From: Caldilineaceae bacterium
GTDB lineage: Bacteria; Chloroflexota; Anaerolineae; Caldilineales; Caldilineaceae
Direction: 5' to 3'
DNA: 64,000 bases
NCBI GenBank assembly: GCA_965220285.1
Contig: OZ244818.1
Span: 4,133,629 to 4,197,628, forward strand
Position 1 is the stretch's first letter. Each line of letters opens with the position of its first letter. The translations under genes were made by a program, and so were the position numbers. Of this stretch, positions 1-10,276 are shown in pieces. Below the pieces are notes generated by a model. It was not told where the DNA came from. It did no database searches and saw only the letters and a program-made list of their open reading frames with translations.

Positions 1-917
1 AGATTTTTGGACGCCAAGATGGCCGGTACGCGCCCCTTACTATCACTCCCTCCCGACTCTCTGCTATCGAATACGAGATGCCGGTCGCAAGCGCCCAGGT
101 CAAGAGCTGTCTCCTGTTGGCAGGCCTCTACGCCCACGGACTGACGGTCGTTCACCAGCCCGGACCTGCACGCGACCATACGGAACGCATGTTGAAATCG
201 ATGGGCGCCCCGGTCACGGCACTGGGCAACACGACCCATAGCGAGCGCCCCCACGCCCCGCTCAATCCTCTCAACATCCTGGTTCCCGGCGATATCTCCT
301 CGGCTGCCTTCCTGTTGGTTGGGGCGTCTGCGTTGCCGGACAGTAATCTGACCATCGTAGATGTGGGTGTCAATGCGACCCGGACAGGGATTGTTGATGC
401 ACTCTCAGAGATGGGGGCTAGGATTCGGCGCAGAGAACGGCCGCTTCAGGGTGGTGAGCCCGTTGCAGACCTGATAGTCAGCGGCGGCGGGCTGCGGGGC
501 TTGGAATTCGGCGGCTCGCAAATCGTCACCATGATCGACGAGTTGCCGGTTCTGGCCGTTGCGGCCACACAGGCCGAAGGGCGCACCATTGTGCGGGATG
601 CCCAGGAACTGCGCGTAAAGGAGACCGATCGAATCGCCACGACCGTCTCAGAACTCAAGAAGATGGGGGCCAGGATTCAGGAGACTGCCGACGGTTTCAT
701 CGTGGACGGGCCGACACCGCTTAAGGGCGCCACCGTAGACAGCCACGGCGATCACAGGCTGGCGATGGCACTGGCCGTGGCCGCCGTGATTGCCGAGGGA
801 GAGTCCGCAATTCGTAACGCGCACGTTACCGCCGACAGTTTTCCCGGTTTCGAATCTACCTTGCGCGCGCTCAACGTAAACGTGCAAGAGCAGGAGTGGG
901 CAAGCGCCGATGAGTGA
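1..917 (+). CDS. aroA: 3-phosphoshikimate 1-carboxyvinyltransferase (EPSP synthase), C-terminal part; the 5' end lies outside the window
   Basis: The frame is open from base 3 to TGA 915-917. Segments PVASAQVKSCLLLAGL, ELRVKETDRI and DHRLAMALAVAA are typical of AroA. Confidence 0.9.
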   Translation, partial: IFGRQDGRYAPLTITPSRLSAIEYEMPVASAQVKSCLLLAGLYAHGLTVVHQPGPARDHTERMLKSMGAPVTALGNTTHSERPHAPLNPLNILVPGDISSAAFLLVGASALPDSNLTIVDVGVNATRTGIVDALSEMGARIRRRERPLQGGEPVADLIVSGGGLRGLEFGGSQIVTMIDELPVLAVAATQAEGRTIVRDAQELRVKETDRIATTVSELKKMGARIQETADGFIVDGPTPLKGATVDSHGDHRLAMALAVAAVIAEGESAIRNAHVTADSFPGFESTLRALNVNVQEQEWASADE

Positions 918-1845
918 ACACGTGCAGAATGAACCGGTTTCCGTCTCTTCGAATGAGGCTGAATCAGAAATATTTCCGACCGACATAAATGCCGCAACAA
1001 CGCTTGTTGGGCTCTTCGGCTGGCCGGTCACTCACTCCATCAGTCCGCAAATGCACAACGCAGCCTTTGTGGCACGCCAGATGAACTGGCGCTACCTGGC
1101 CTTCGCAGTGCCGCCGGAACGGGTACACGAGGCTGTCGCTGCCTTGCCCGCACTGGGTCTCAGAGGGGTTAACGTGACCGTACCACACAAGCAGGCGGTC
1201 ATGCCCCACCTGCAACACTGGACGCCCGCGGCAGAAGCCATTGGCGCCGTCAACACAATTGTCGTTGAAAAAGATGGTCAACTTACCGGAGACAATACCG
1301 ACGGCGCCGGTTTCATTGCCGATTTACAAGCTCACAATGTTGAACCGGAAGGCAAGAGGGCCTTGGTGATAGGTGCGGGCGGCTCCTCGAGGGCAGTCGT
1401 TTACGGACTGGCAGAGGCCGGAGTGGATAGTGTGAAAATCCTCAACCGCACCGTGGCCAAGGCAGTCGATCTGGCAGCGACAATGCAATCTTACTTCCCG
1501 GAGATCAGCCTAGACGGCGCCGCTTTCCCTGATGATGTGACGGGCAACGCCCAAGACGCGGACCTGATCGTTAATTGTACCTCGCTAGGTATGGAGCCGC
1601 ACGTCGAAGGGCTGCCTTGGGAGGAAAATATTGAATTCCGCGAAGATCAGATCGTCTACGACCTGGTCTACAATCCCGCTATGACACGACTGCTGCAGCT
1701 TGCCTCTACCGATGGGGCTACAGCCATCGGCGGCCTGGGAATGCTCGTATACCAGGGCGCGATTGCCTGGGAAAAGTGGACCGGCGAAACCGCGCCAGTG
1801 GCTGTCATGCAGCAGGCTACGAATATCATATTCGAGCGCAGATGA
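910..1845 (+). CDS. aroE: Shikimate dehydrogenase
   Basis: Motifs [27 protein letters not shown] and the GAGGSSRAV dinucleotide site. ATG 910 overlaps the aroA stop by 8 nt. Confidence 0.9.
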   Translation: MSEHVQNEPVSVSSNEAESEIFPTDINAATTLVGLFGWPVTHSISPQMHNAAFVARQMNWRYLAFAVPPERVHEAVAALPALGLRGVNVTVPHKQAVMPHLQHWTPAAEAIGAVNTIVVEKDGQLTGDNTDGAGFIADLQAHNVEPEGKRALVIGAGGSSRAVVYGLAEAGVDSVKILNRTVAKAVDLAATMQSYFPEISLDGAAFPDDVTGNAQDADLIVNCTSLGMEPHVEGLPWEENIEFREDQIVYDLVYNPAMTRLLQLASTDGATAIGGLGMLVYQGAIAWEKWTGETAPVAVMQQATNIIFERR

Positions 1846-1888
1846 CGGACTGATGGGCAACCGTCGCCACACCGAATGCGAGGAACTG

Positions 1889-3139
1889 ATGACTCTTTCG
1901 ACAACATCGACACCTGTTAACTACGGCGCCGTACCGGATGAGACGGGGCGTTTCGGTCCGTACGGCGGTAAGTACGTGCCGGAGACGCTCATGCCGGCCC
2001 TGGAAGAACTGGAAGAAGCATACCTGAACGCCCGCATTGACCAGGAGTTTATGGCAGAGCTGGCCCATCTGCAGCACACGTATGTTGGACGTCCGACCCC
2101 TCTGACCTATGCCCGCCGCCTGAGCGAGGAGCTGGGCGGCGCTCAGATCTATCTGAAGCGGGAAGACCTCGCTCACTCCGGTGCCCACAAGATCAACAAT
2201 GCCTTGGGTCAGGCCCTGTTAATGAAACGCAAGATGGGCAAGACCCGCATCGTGGCCGAAACCGGCGCAGGCCAGCACGGCGTCGCCACCGCCACCGCTG
2301 CTGCCCTGTTGGGAATCGAATGCATAGTCTACATGGGCACGGTGGATATGGAACGCCAGAAGCCCAATGTCTTTCGCATGCAGCTCCTTGGCACCGAGGT
2401 GCGAGCGGTCGACAGCGGTTCACAAACGCTCAAAGATGCCATAAATGAGGCTATTCGTGACTGGGTTACAAATGTAGAAACCACCCATTACCTGCTGGGC
2501 AGCGCACTCGGCCCCCATCCCTACCCTGCCATGGTTCGGGATTTCCAGTCGGTCATCGGCATAGAGGCCCACAGTCAGATGCAAGATCCTGCTGAAGGCG
2601 GCCCAGGCCGGCTGCCCGACGCAATCGTGGCCTGCGTCGGAGGGGGTAGTAATGCCATCGGCATTTTCCATCCATTTCTCGAAGAGGAGAGCGTTCGACT
2701 CATCGGCGTCGAGGCAGGCGGACACGGTATTGAAGACGGTGCCCACGCCGCTCGTTTCGCAGACCCTGAGCGGGGCCGGCTCGGCGTCCTGCAGGGTACC
2801 AAGAGCTTCGTGCTTCAAGACAGTGATGGGCAAATCGCCCTGACACATTCGATTTCCGCTGGCTTGGATTACGCCAGTGTGGGTCCGGAACACGCCTGGC
2901 TTCGAGACGTTGGACGCTCCGAATACACCTACTGCACGGATACACAGACTCTCAAGGGGTTCAGTGCACTGTGCGAACTGGAAGGAATCATCCCTGCATT
3001 GGAAAGTGCACATGCAATCGGCTACGTGTTGGAATTGGCTCCGCAGATGGCGAAAGACCAGGTTATCTTGGTCAATCTCAGTGGACGCGGCGACAAGGAT
3101 CTGGGTACGGTCATGCAGACAATTGGAGGAGACAGATAG
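1889..3139 (+). CDS. trpB: Tryptophan synthase beta chain
   Basis: Motifs [24 protein letters not shown] (PLP lysine) and GGGSNAIG. The ORF-track start at 1700 would overlap aroE. I chose the internal ATG 1889, which is preceded by GAGGA; ATG 1853 is an alternative. Confidence 0.92.
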   Translation: MTLSTTSTPVNYGAVPDETGRFGPYGGKYVPETLMPALEELEEAYLNARIDQEFMAELAHLQHTYVGRPTPLTYARRLSEELGGAQIYLKREDLAHSGAHKINNALGQALLMKRKMGKTRIVAETGAGQHGVATATAAALLGIECIVYMGTVDMERQKPNVFRMQLLGTEVRAVDSGSQTLKDAINEAIRDWVTNVETTHYLLGSALGPHPYPAMVRDFQSVIGIEAHSQMQDPAEGGPGRLPDAIVACVGGGSNAIGIFHPFLEEESVRLIGVEAGGHGIEDGAHAARFADPERGRLGVLQGTKSFVLQDSDGQIALTHSISAGLDYASVGPEHAWLRDVGRSEYTYCTDTQTLKGFSALCELEGIIPALESAHAIGYVLELAPQMAKDQVILVNLSGRGDKDLGTVMQTIGGDR

Positions 3140-3168
3140 ATGGGCGAGCTTCGGGCGAGAGGTGAAAG

Positions 3169-3978
3169 ATGAGGGGAGTCGAACGGATCGACCAGGTCTT
3201 TCGCGAACTGAAAACGACTGGCGCCGCTGCATTTATGCCTTACCACGCCATGGGCTATCCCACCCGGCAGAAATCTCTGGAGATAGTGGCTGCCTTGGCG
3301 GGAGCCGGCGCGGACATCATCGAATTCGGCATACCCCATAGCGACCCACTGGCCGACGGACCGATGATTCAGACTGCCACCTATTCCGCGCTCGTTGGCG
3401 GCACAACCGTGGCTGACTGCCTCCAGATGGCGCGCGAACTTCGTGACCAGGGCGTTAACACGCCATTCTGTGCCATGAGCTATTACAATCCAATTCTAGC
3501 TTTCGGCGAGGAACGCTTTGCGAATGCCGCGGCCAGTTCAGGCATCGATGGACTCATCGTACCCGATCTGCCGCCGGGAGAGTCGGAACTCCTGGAGCCT
3601 GCCTGCCGTGCGGCCGGTTTGGCCACCGTCTACATGCTGGCCCCGACCAGCACCGAAGATCGCATCAAGTCGGTAGCCCGGCATGCTACTGGATTCATCT
3701 ATCTTGTTAGCGTAACCGGAATCACCGGCGCTCGCGATGAGCTGCCGCCAGGCCTGCCTGCCTTCGTTGAACGTGTTCGCCGCCACACCGATCTGCCCTT
3801 GGCGGTCGGCTTCGGAATCAGTACCGGACCGCAGGCCGAAAGTGTGTCCGAAATCGTCGAAGGCGTTATTGTCGGTTCGGCGTTGGTGAAAGCCGCCGGC
3901 TCGGACGCGGGCGCCGACGCCGTGCGTACTCTGGCGGAGGAGCTGGCGGCCGGCAGCCATAAGAAGATGGATGAGTAA
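3169..3978 (+). CDS. trpA: Tryptophan synthase alpha chain
   Basis: Motifs [24 protein letters not shown] and GFGIS. It starts 29 nt after trpB, and GAGAGGTGAAAG precedes the ATG. Confidence 0.92.
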   Translation: MRGVERIDQVFRELKTTGAAAFMPYHAMGYPTRQKSLEIVAALAGAGADIIEFGIPHSDPLADGPMIQTATYSALVGGTTVADCLQMARELRDQGVNTPFCAMSYYNPILAFGEERFANAAASSGIDGLIVPDLPPGESELLEPACRAAGLATVYMLAPTSTEDRIKSVARHATGFIYLVSVTGITGARDELPPGLPAFVERVRRHTDLPLAVGFGISTGPQAESVSEIVEGVIVGSALVKAAGSDAGADAVRTLAEELAAGSHKKMDE

Positions 3979-4007
3979 GAGGAGGAATAAACGGTTCCGC
4001 CCGTCGC

Positions 4008-5675
4008 CTAATGCATTCGATTCTGCATTACTGGTCGCAGCTTAAGCGCAAGTTGGATTGAAAATCGCGCGTCGGCATCATTCAGGTCCATTCGGGTGAT
4101 GCCGGCTATGCGCTGCAAGCGGTAGGTTAACGTGTTGCGATGAATGTGCAGTGAGGCTGCGGTCTGGCTGAGATTGCCATGGCAGGCAAAAAAGGCCTCC
4201 AGCGTCTCAACCAACTCGGCGTTGTGTTCTTCATCATGGGAGATCAGCGGCTCCACAGTTTTGCGGAAGAATCGGTTCGCCTCCCCGCTTCCACCAAGCC
4301 CAGTCAGCAGTTGATATAGCCCCAGGTCTCCGAAGTAGGTTACCGGCGAGGCCTGCCAGGAACTTCCCATTCGCCAGCTTTCACGCGCCTGATCCAGACT
4401 GCGTAGCCACTCCCGCACGGAAGCTGCCGGACGACCTATCCCGACTACAAGTGAAGCCTTTTGGAAGGTCGACGTGAAGTGCTCCACCAAGCCATTGGCA
4501 ACGGTCTTAAAATCCCGCCCGCTCTTGGGATTGTCGCACGGCCAGAATAGGAGCGCCACTTCAGCGCGGACAGACAGCAGAACCGGATCTTGCTTCGCGG
4601 CAAGATACTGGCGCAGTGCATTCGGCCAATCTTGGATGCCTTCTGCCTGAATTAGCCAGGCCGTGTGAGGCCTGGTCAGGTCGAAGCCAAGCGAGTGCCC
4701 GCGCTGAATCCACGCCTCCTCGTCGGCGATTTCGGTTGCCAGTAATTCGTCCAAGAACACGGCCCGCATCTTCTCTTCGACTGCCCCTACAGCTTGCTCG
4801 CGGCTCCAGGCCAGGGCCGCCGCGCCAGCTCCCTGGAGTACAGCAAGTCTCTCTATAGTGGAGATTTCCTTCGAACTGCCGGAATCTGACCGCAGAAGGA
4901 GGCAATACCCTTCTACACGGTCGGCAACGATAACCGGGCTGACGACCATTTCGCGGTAGTGATTCTTGCTATCGATGGGGATAATGCCGGTCAGCTCTGA
5001 GTTTTCGGATGGCTCTGTACCGAACCTGGCGGCCAGCCAACTTCGCAATGTGGTGCGACTCGGTAAAGACGCCAGTACGCGCCGTTTGTGTTGTTCGGTT
5101 AGCTCTTCAAGACCGGCGACCGCAATCGGCGTTCCTTCGTCTTTCAGGAAGAGTACCGGCTGTTCGGAGAAGTTTGCCAGAAGGTCCGCCATCATCCCCA
5201 TGCCGCCGCCATCCAATTCGATCTGCGTCAGTTCCCGCTGCAGGTCGGCGGCCTTGGCGGCAAGATATCCTCCGCGGTCTACAATGAGGCGGATCACGGT
5301 CCGTTCGATGGAAAGAAGGGGCTCGGAATCCGGGAGGGCAATGAGTGGAATCTGGTTCTGTCCGGCGGCGACGACGGCTTCTTGCGGTACGTTACCCATC
5401 ACGCCAATTGCGGAGATGCTCGCCTGGTGCAAGCTGTTCACGACCCGGTCCAAGCGCATCTGAGGGTTGAACTGCCGCAGCTGGTTGGCGTCGATTAGAG
5501 CCAACTCTTCCCCTTCGAGATTGGGGAATGCAGGGGGGCTGGGGCGCAGGCTGCAAGCCCAACTCACAGGCCGGTTAAGCAACTCTTCCCCAAACAGTAT
5601 CCGCGATCCTTGCGGCAGTGCCAGCCGATAGATTTCTTCAAGCGTAGTCGCGTCGCGATACATATGCCGCGCCAA
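4008..5675 (-). CDS. PucR/CdaR-type transcriptional regulator
   Basis: 555 aa. The C-terminal helix-turn-helix LSQTAASLHIHRNTLTYRLQRI is typical of the PucR C-terminal domain. The N-terminal sensor part is not recognised. Confidence 0.75.
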   Translation of the reverse strand: MARHMYRDATTLEEIYRLALPQGSRILFGEELLNRPVSWACSLRPSPPAFPNLEGEELALIDANQLRQFNPQMRLDRVVNSLHQASISAIGVMGNVPQEAVVAAGQNQIPLIALPDSEPLLSIERTVIRLIVDRGGYLAAKAADLQRELTQIELDGGGMGMMADLLANFSEQPVLFLKDEGTPIAVAGLEELTEQHKRRVLASLPSRTTLRSWLAARFGTEPSENSELTGIIPIDSKNHYREMVVSPVIVADRVEGYCLLLRSDSGSSKEISTIERLAVLQGAGAAALAWSREQAVGAVEEKMRAVFLDELLATEIADEEAWIQRGHSLGFDLTRPHTAWLIQAEGIQDWPNALRQYLAAKQDPVLLSVRAEVALLFWPCDNPKSGRDFKTVANGLVEHFTSTFQKASLVVGIGRPAASVREWLRSLDQARESWRMGSSWQASPVTYFGDLGLYQLLTGLGGSGEANRFFRKTVEPLISHDEEHNAELVETLEAFFACHGNLSQTAASLHIHRNTLTYRLQRIAGITRMDLNDADARFSIQLALKLRPVMQNRMH

Positions 5676-5734
5676 GTCTGAACGGCTGTTGTGTTCAGCG
5701 CTGTAGCTGATTTGTGTTGCCTACGTCATACCTT

Positions 5735-5773
5735 CCAAAATTGAATCAGCGGGCGCTGTATTCCGCCCGCTGA
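5735..5773 (-). terminator. Probable intrinsic terminator after the 5829-6374 gene
   Basis: Perfect 10-bp stem TCAGCGGGCG / CGCCCGCTGA (5746-5755 and 5764-5773). On the minus strand it is followed by TTCAATTTTGG. Confidence 0.45.
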
Positions 5774-5828
5774 GCCAGGTCTCTCATTTCAAATAACGCA
5801 AGGCACGTTCTGCGTCTCGAAACGCCTT

Positions 5829-6374
5829 CTACTTGCTCCAGGCGCTCAACGCCGCGCCAACCGTACCGGCCCAAACGGCCCAGAACAGAATCGACGCGAG
5901 GCTAGGCCAACTGGTCGGATCCTGCCCGGCGGCGAAAAAGGAAACAATCCAGGCAAGAATTAGCCCGATGATACTGGCAAGAAGAAGCTTCCAGATCGAC
6001 TGATTCGGGCTCATCGCGCCAACGACTATGGGCCACAGGATCACAGTGATAATGCTGATGGGGATACCGACAACGACATAGCCAAAGTTATCTGTGAATA
6101 CCGCAGGAAGTGCGACGCCGACTATGAAGGCTACGTTGCCGATCAGCCCGCCAATCACGGGTCGCCAGTTCTGGCCGAGCGCACCCCGGGCAAAATCGTA
6201 GCCGACAATTGGCGCGGCTCCGATCACGATTCCCAGTAAGGCCCCAAGGACGGGTATGCCCTTAAGAAGAACCATCAGGAGCGACACTACTGCCGCGGCC
6301 AGGGCAGCATAGAGCGACGCCTTCCAGCGTTCCGTGCTTGTCTGGGCAACGCTTGTGGCAGTTAAAATTGTCAT
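5829..6374 (-). CDS. Hypothetical polytopic membrane protein
   Basis: Very hydrophobic, with about 5 TM-like stretches. The internal ATG 6374 has GGAGG upstream. No family recognised. Confidence 0.55.
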   Translation of the reverse strand: MTILTATSVAQTSTERWKASLYAALAAAVVSLLMVLLKGIPVLGALLGIVIGAAPIVGYDFARGALGQNWRPVIGGLIGNVAFIVGVALPAVFTDNFGYVVVGIPISIITVILWPIVVGAMSPNQSIWKLLLASIIGLILAWIVSFFAAGQDPTSWPSLASILFWAVWAGTVGAALSAWSK

Positions 6375-6517
6375 CGTGAATCCTCCCCGGTCGGGTCGTA
6401 ACAACAAATTCTTTATAGCGCCTCTACCAGTCAAGGAGAAAAGGCGCTGAATTATGTGCGAAACGTCAGATTCCGCTCATGGCGGAGCCAAAATGTTAGC
6501 TATTCTCCGGCGAGGAG

Positions 6518-6979
6518 TTACTTCTCGCCGGGCAGGTTCTCCCAATCCTCGACAGTCCAGCCACTCACATTCAAATACAACTGCGGCACGTGATTTCGGC
6601 TAAGGATGAGTACCAACTCGTCCTCTTCAGTTGCCGCGATTTCGTCCAACCAGATACCGTTGTTGATCAAAGTTTGCACTATTTTACCAGCCTGTTGCCA
6701 GCCGCGCAAAGGACTGCTTTCGGGATCACTATATAGTGCTGTACCGTAGAGTGCCAGCAACATCCTATTTTCCAGATAGAGGTCCAGGTCAAACAGTATG
6801 CGCTGATCCGGCGGCGGTCGCACGCCCCCTTCATCGCTGACAGATTCCTCCCACAGAGCCAAGCTCATTACTCTTTCCCCGGCAACTGCGTCAATCAGTT
6901 CCTCGTACAGTTCGTCGTCCAAACAGTAGTGTAGAGGGGCTTCACCGGGCCCTTTGCCATTCGCTGAAATGTCTTTCAT
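6518..6979 (-). CDS. Hypothetical acidic protein (153 aa)
   Basis: ORF length, same-strand packing and a D/E-rich, non-repetitive composition. No motif recognised. Confidence 0.5.
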   Translation of the reverse strand: MKDISANGKGPGEAPLHYCLDDELYEELIDAVAGERVMSLALWEESVSDEGGVRPPPDQRILFDLDLYLENRMLLALYGTALYSDPESSPLRGWQQAGKIVQTLINNGIWLDEIAATEEDELVLILSRNHVPQLYLNVSGWTVEDWENLPGEK

Positions 6980-7050
6980 TTCCCATTTGCGCCATTGTGT
7001 CTACCGGGTGATGGCCAGGAAAGAGCCCTTTTTGTTCGCTGTCAATTCCT

Positions 7051-8076
7051 TCACGTCCTTTCCGGTCCGACAACAATCATTCGCGTGGGTATCGTCATCG
7101 GGTCTGGAAAATACTGGCCGCCGGCTTCAAAGTGACTGAACTGGACTGGCAGTCCCTGATCGATGAACAGGTTGGGGCCGTTCATTACATGAAAGTGCAG
7201 GTGCGGTCCGGGCGAGTTTCCGCTGTTGCCCACTCTGCCCAGAAGCGCTCCCCGTCGGATCAACTCCCCCTCGTTGACCTGCAAGCTGGCCTGTTGCAGG
7301 TGAGCATAGTAGCTGAACTCCCCGTTGGCGTGGCTGATCGCGACAGCGTTTCCCAAGAGGCGTCGCATGTCGCCCCGCATGACAGCCTGGTCAGGGATCG
7401 CGCCGGGGGCCATATCCGGCATATCGAAGCAGACGTAGGCCACCTTACCCCCAGCCGCCGCATAGACCGGCCGACGCCAACTGTAGTGGTCGGAAAGATC
7501 GCGTCCGTCGCCTTGGTGCGTGCGCCCCTCGGGTCCTAACTTCACGAAGTCCACTGCGAATGGCTGACTGTAGACCTCCGTCTTGTGGAAATCGCTCCAA
7601 TCACCGGCCTGCACTACCCACCACGCCCCAGCCAGCGGGAAGTAGAAGTCGGTCTGTTGCTCATGATAGGTTACGGGAGACTGGCAGTGTCCTTGAATAT
7701 GCTGTACAGCGTCGGCCGCTTCTTCCGGTACCTGCGTTCTGCCGACAGCAGTGATTTCGACATGGGTGAGGCGCTCATAGGCGTGCAGTAGAAAGTGCAG
7801 ACTGCGGATTGCCAAACCGGTGGTTGCAGAGATCGTCAGGTCCTCTTCGCCCGTGCGCTGACGGATCATGCCCGCTGACCATCGCTGTTCAAACAGCAAC
7901 TGGTGTCCGCAGTAGCCCTGAAAGACCAGCCCTTGCAGTTGAACATCGCCATCGTGAGCGGTTATTCCCAAGTCAAGCGCGATTTCCTGCAGTGGTCCAA
8001 TGTTGGGGAAGGGAAGCCTGTCGTATAGTCCTGCAACGATACTCTGGGGGCGGGTCTCCAAAGAAAGTCTGCCCAT
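7051..8076 (-). CDS. M23/LytM-family metallopeptidase domain protein with an unrecognised N-terminal half
   Basis: C-terminal [18 protein letters not shown] (HxH zinc site) with [13 protein letters not shown] upstream of it. No N-terminal hydrophobic signal is visible. Confidence 0.75.
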   Translation of the reverse strand: MGRLSLETRPQSIVAGLYDRLPFPNIGPLQEIALDLGITAHDGDVQLQGLVFQGYCGHQLLFEQRWSAGMIRQRTGEEDLTISATTGLAIRSLHFLLHAYERLTHVEITAVGRTQVPEEAADAVQHIQGHCQSPVTYHEQQTDFYFPLAGAWWVVQAGDWSDFHKTEVYSQPFAVDFVKLGPEGRTHQGDGRDLSDHYSWRRPVYAAAGGKVAYVCFDMPDMAPGAIPDQAVMRGDMRRLLGNAVAISHANGEFSYYAHLQQASLQVNEGELIRRGALLGRVGNSGNSPGPHLHFHVMNGPNLFIDQGLPVQFSHFEAGGQYFPDPMTIPTRMIVVGPERT

Positions 8077-8295
8077 CTGTTATCCTTGGGCGTTTGCAAT
8101 AGTACGTTTACCAAGAGCCAGGTCGGCATGGGCCCGGCGGAAATAGGAAGTAACCTGTCCAGCGGCAGCAGGTCTTCTGTGAAGTTTGAGGATTCATCTG
8201 CAGCCTTAGTTGGCCTTTCCTTAAACTTCATGTCGTGTGCTCATTGTTCAGTATAGCAAGAATCAACTGCTCGCCCGCGCTTCCACCAATTCAGC

Positions 8296-9642
8296 CTACT
8301 TTCCGTTAGCTTCATTGATGAGAGTCGAAGCCTCAAGCACAGCTTCCTCCGGAGTCTTCGAGCCGCGCAGAACCTGGGTGATCATGTCGTTGGCATAGCC
8401 CCAAACTTCGTCCAATTCTGGGTGGTGGGGCTGAGAAACTGCACTGCCTGCCTGTTCTGCGAAGCCGGCGAGTAGTGCATCTCCATTTATGTCTGCGTCC
8501 ATGTGCGCGGGCAGCCGGCCTGCGATGCGGGCAAGTGTTGAGGCGCTCTCCGCGTTTGTCAAATGCCGGGCAAACGTCAGGGCGATGTCCTGCTGTTCGT
8601 TGGACGTTGCCGGATTCAGAAAAACTCCGTCTGCGCTCAACCATGGGCCGGCGGGACCTGAATGTCCGGCTGGCAAAGTGGTGACGCCGAGGTCTTCACC
8701 AAATCGTTGGCGCAATTCGCCTATGCTCCACGGTCCGTCAATAAACAGAGCGTACTCTTCCTTTTTGAAGCGGTCCATCAGCATTCCATAGTCGAAAGAT
8801 ACAAATATTCCGGGTGTGCTGTCGGCCCGCTGCAGCCAGGTCAAAAACTCTGCAGTCCCCTCAGACTGTTCGAGAACAACGCGGCCGTCCTTGTCGAATA
8901 GCTTCCCACCGTGCGCGGCGATGCCCCATGTCAGATGGTAGAAACTCGCGTAAATGCCGGCTCCTTGCGAAGGCGTCTCCTGTGCCAGTTCGATCAGATC
9001 ATCCACCGAGCTTGGCAGGCTGACTTCATCCAGCAACCGCCGGTTGAAATAGAGCGCCACAAGTTCATAGTCTGTAGGCAAACCGTACAACTTGCCATCA
9101 AGGGCCAGATTTTCTATGGATGCGGGGTAGAACTGCCTTCTTTCCTGTGCCGAAATCTTATTCTCAATTGGCAGAACTACATTCGAGGCCGCCAACTCCC
9201 GAAGCCACCAATTTGGCGCCAGAATCAAATCCGGACCGTCGCCGCCTGTGACAGATTCCGTATAGGCTAGGGCCAGTTCGCCGTAATCCACAAAGGTTGT
9301 CTCCACCTGTATATCCGGATATGACTGGTGGAAACGCGCTACGATAGCTGCCAGTGCATCACTGTCCTTGCCCGCCCAGCTGTGCCAAAGCTTGACCGTG
9401 CCAGTGAGGGTTATTGGGGTTGACTGCAAATCTGCCGGTGTGTTGGCGAAAACAACAGCAGTTGGTGCTGCCGCCGGACGGGTTTCAACCAGCGGGTCGA
9501 GGTCTGTGTGGACGGTCGAGGAAAGCAGCGCCGACGAGGCTCCCGTCTGGCCCGAAGCCATTACCAGCACGGCCATCAGCATCAGCACCAATAGAATGGA
9601 GAGCGTCCAGAATAGGCGCCAACGAAACTGGGTCATCTGCAA
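8296..9642 (-). CDS. Extracellular solute-binding protein (family 1, sugar-type), membrane-anchored
   Basis: 448 aa. N-terminal anchor LSILLVLMLMAVLVMASG, followed by a body typical of a carbohydrate ABC substrate-binding protein. No permease or ATPase gene is adjacent. Confidence 0.8.
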   Translation of the reverse strand: MQMTQFRWRLFWTLSILLVLMLMAVLVMASGQTGASSALLSSTVHTDLDPLVETRPAAAPTAVVFANTPADLQSTPITLTGTVKLWHSWAGKDSDALAAIVARFHQSYPDIQVETTFVDYGELALAYTESVTGGDGPDLILAPNWWLRELAASNVVLPIENKISAQERRQFYPASIENLALDGKLYGLPTDYELVALYFNRRLLDEVSLPSSVDDLIELAQETPSQGAGIYASFYHLTWGIAAHGGKLFDKDGRVVLEQSEGTAEFLTWLQRADSTPGIFVSFDYGMLMDRFKKEEYALFIDGPWSIGELRQRFGEDLGVTTLPAGHSGPAGPWLSADGVFLNPATSNEQQDIALTFARHLTNAESASTLARIAGRLPAHMDADINGDALLAGFAEQAGSAVSQPHHPELDEVWGYANDMITQVLRGSKTPEEAVLEASTLINEANGK

Positions 9643-9745
9643 GAAAAGAACGTGGACTGTACGAACGTCGCGGGCAAAGAGTCAGTCTAATCGAACCCCT
9701 GTCGAACCGGTATCGGTTTTTGGCAGGAGAACTGGGCCCGGCGAT

Positions 9746-10192
9746 TTAGTCATACCGATTCTCGGAAATGAATGACAAGAGCCCCTGTAATCCAAGCAAA
9801 TAACTACGCCAGCCGAATCCGCTGATCTGTCCAACGCAGACCGGTGCAATAACGGAACGATGACGGAACTCCTCGCGGCTGTGGACGTTGCTCAGGTGGA
9901 CTTCGACTGTGGGCAAGGCTACGCCGGCCACAGCGTCGCGGATGGCGTAGGAGTAGTGTGTGAACGCGCCGGGATTCATTAACAGTCCGTCGGCCCACGA
10001 TCGCGCAGTGTGAATCTCATCGATCAGCGAGCCTTCGCAGTTGCTCTGAAAAGTGCGAACCTCGTTGTCCGAGCCGGCGGCGGCAACCAACTCCTGGTCT
10101 ATCGCTTTCAGGGTTACGTCGCCGTAAATTGACCGTTCGCGCGTTCCCAGAAGATTCAAATTGGGGCCATGGAGAACCAGGATTCTAATCAT
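9746..10192 (-). CDS. aroQ: 3-dehydroquinate dehydratase, type II
   Basis: Motifs [28 protein letters not shown] and [15 protein letters not shown]. Confidence 0.93.
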   Translation of the reverse strand: MIRILVLHGPNLNLLGTRERSIYGDVTLKAIDQELVAAAGSDNEVRTFQSNCEGSLIDEIHTARSWADGLLMNPGAFTHYSYAIRDAVAGVALPTVEVHLSNVHSREEFRHRSVIAPVCVGQISGFGWRSYLLGLQGLLSFISENRYD

Positions 10193-10276
10193 AATAGGTT
10201 ATCTTGTTTCCTTACGAATTTCGAGCTGCCGCACAATGCTGGGGCGCCAAGCCTCGGCACCATCTGGATAAGATCC

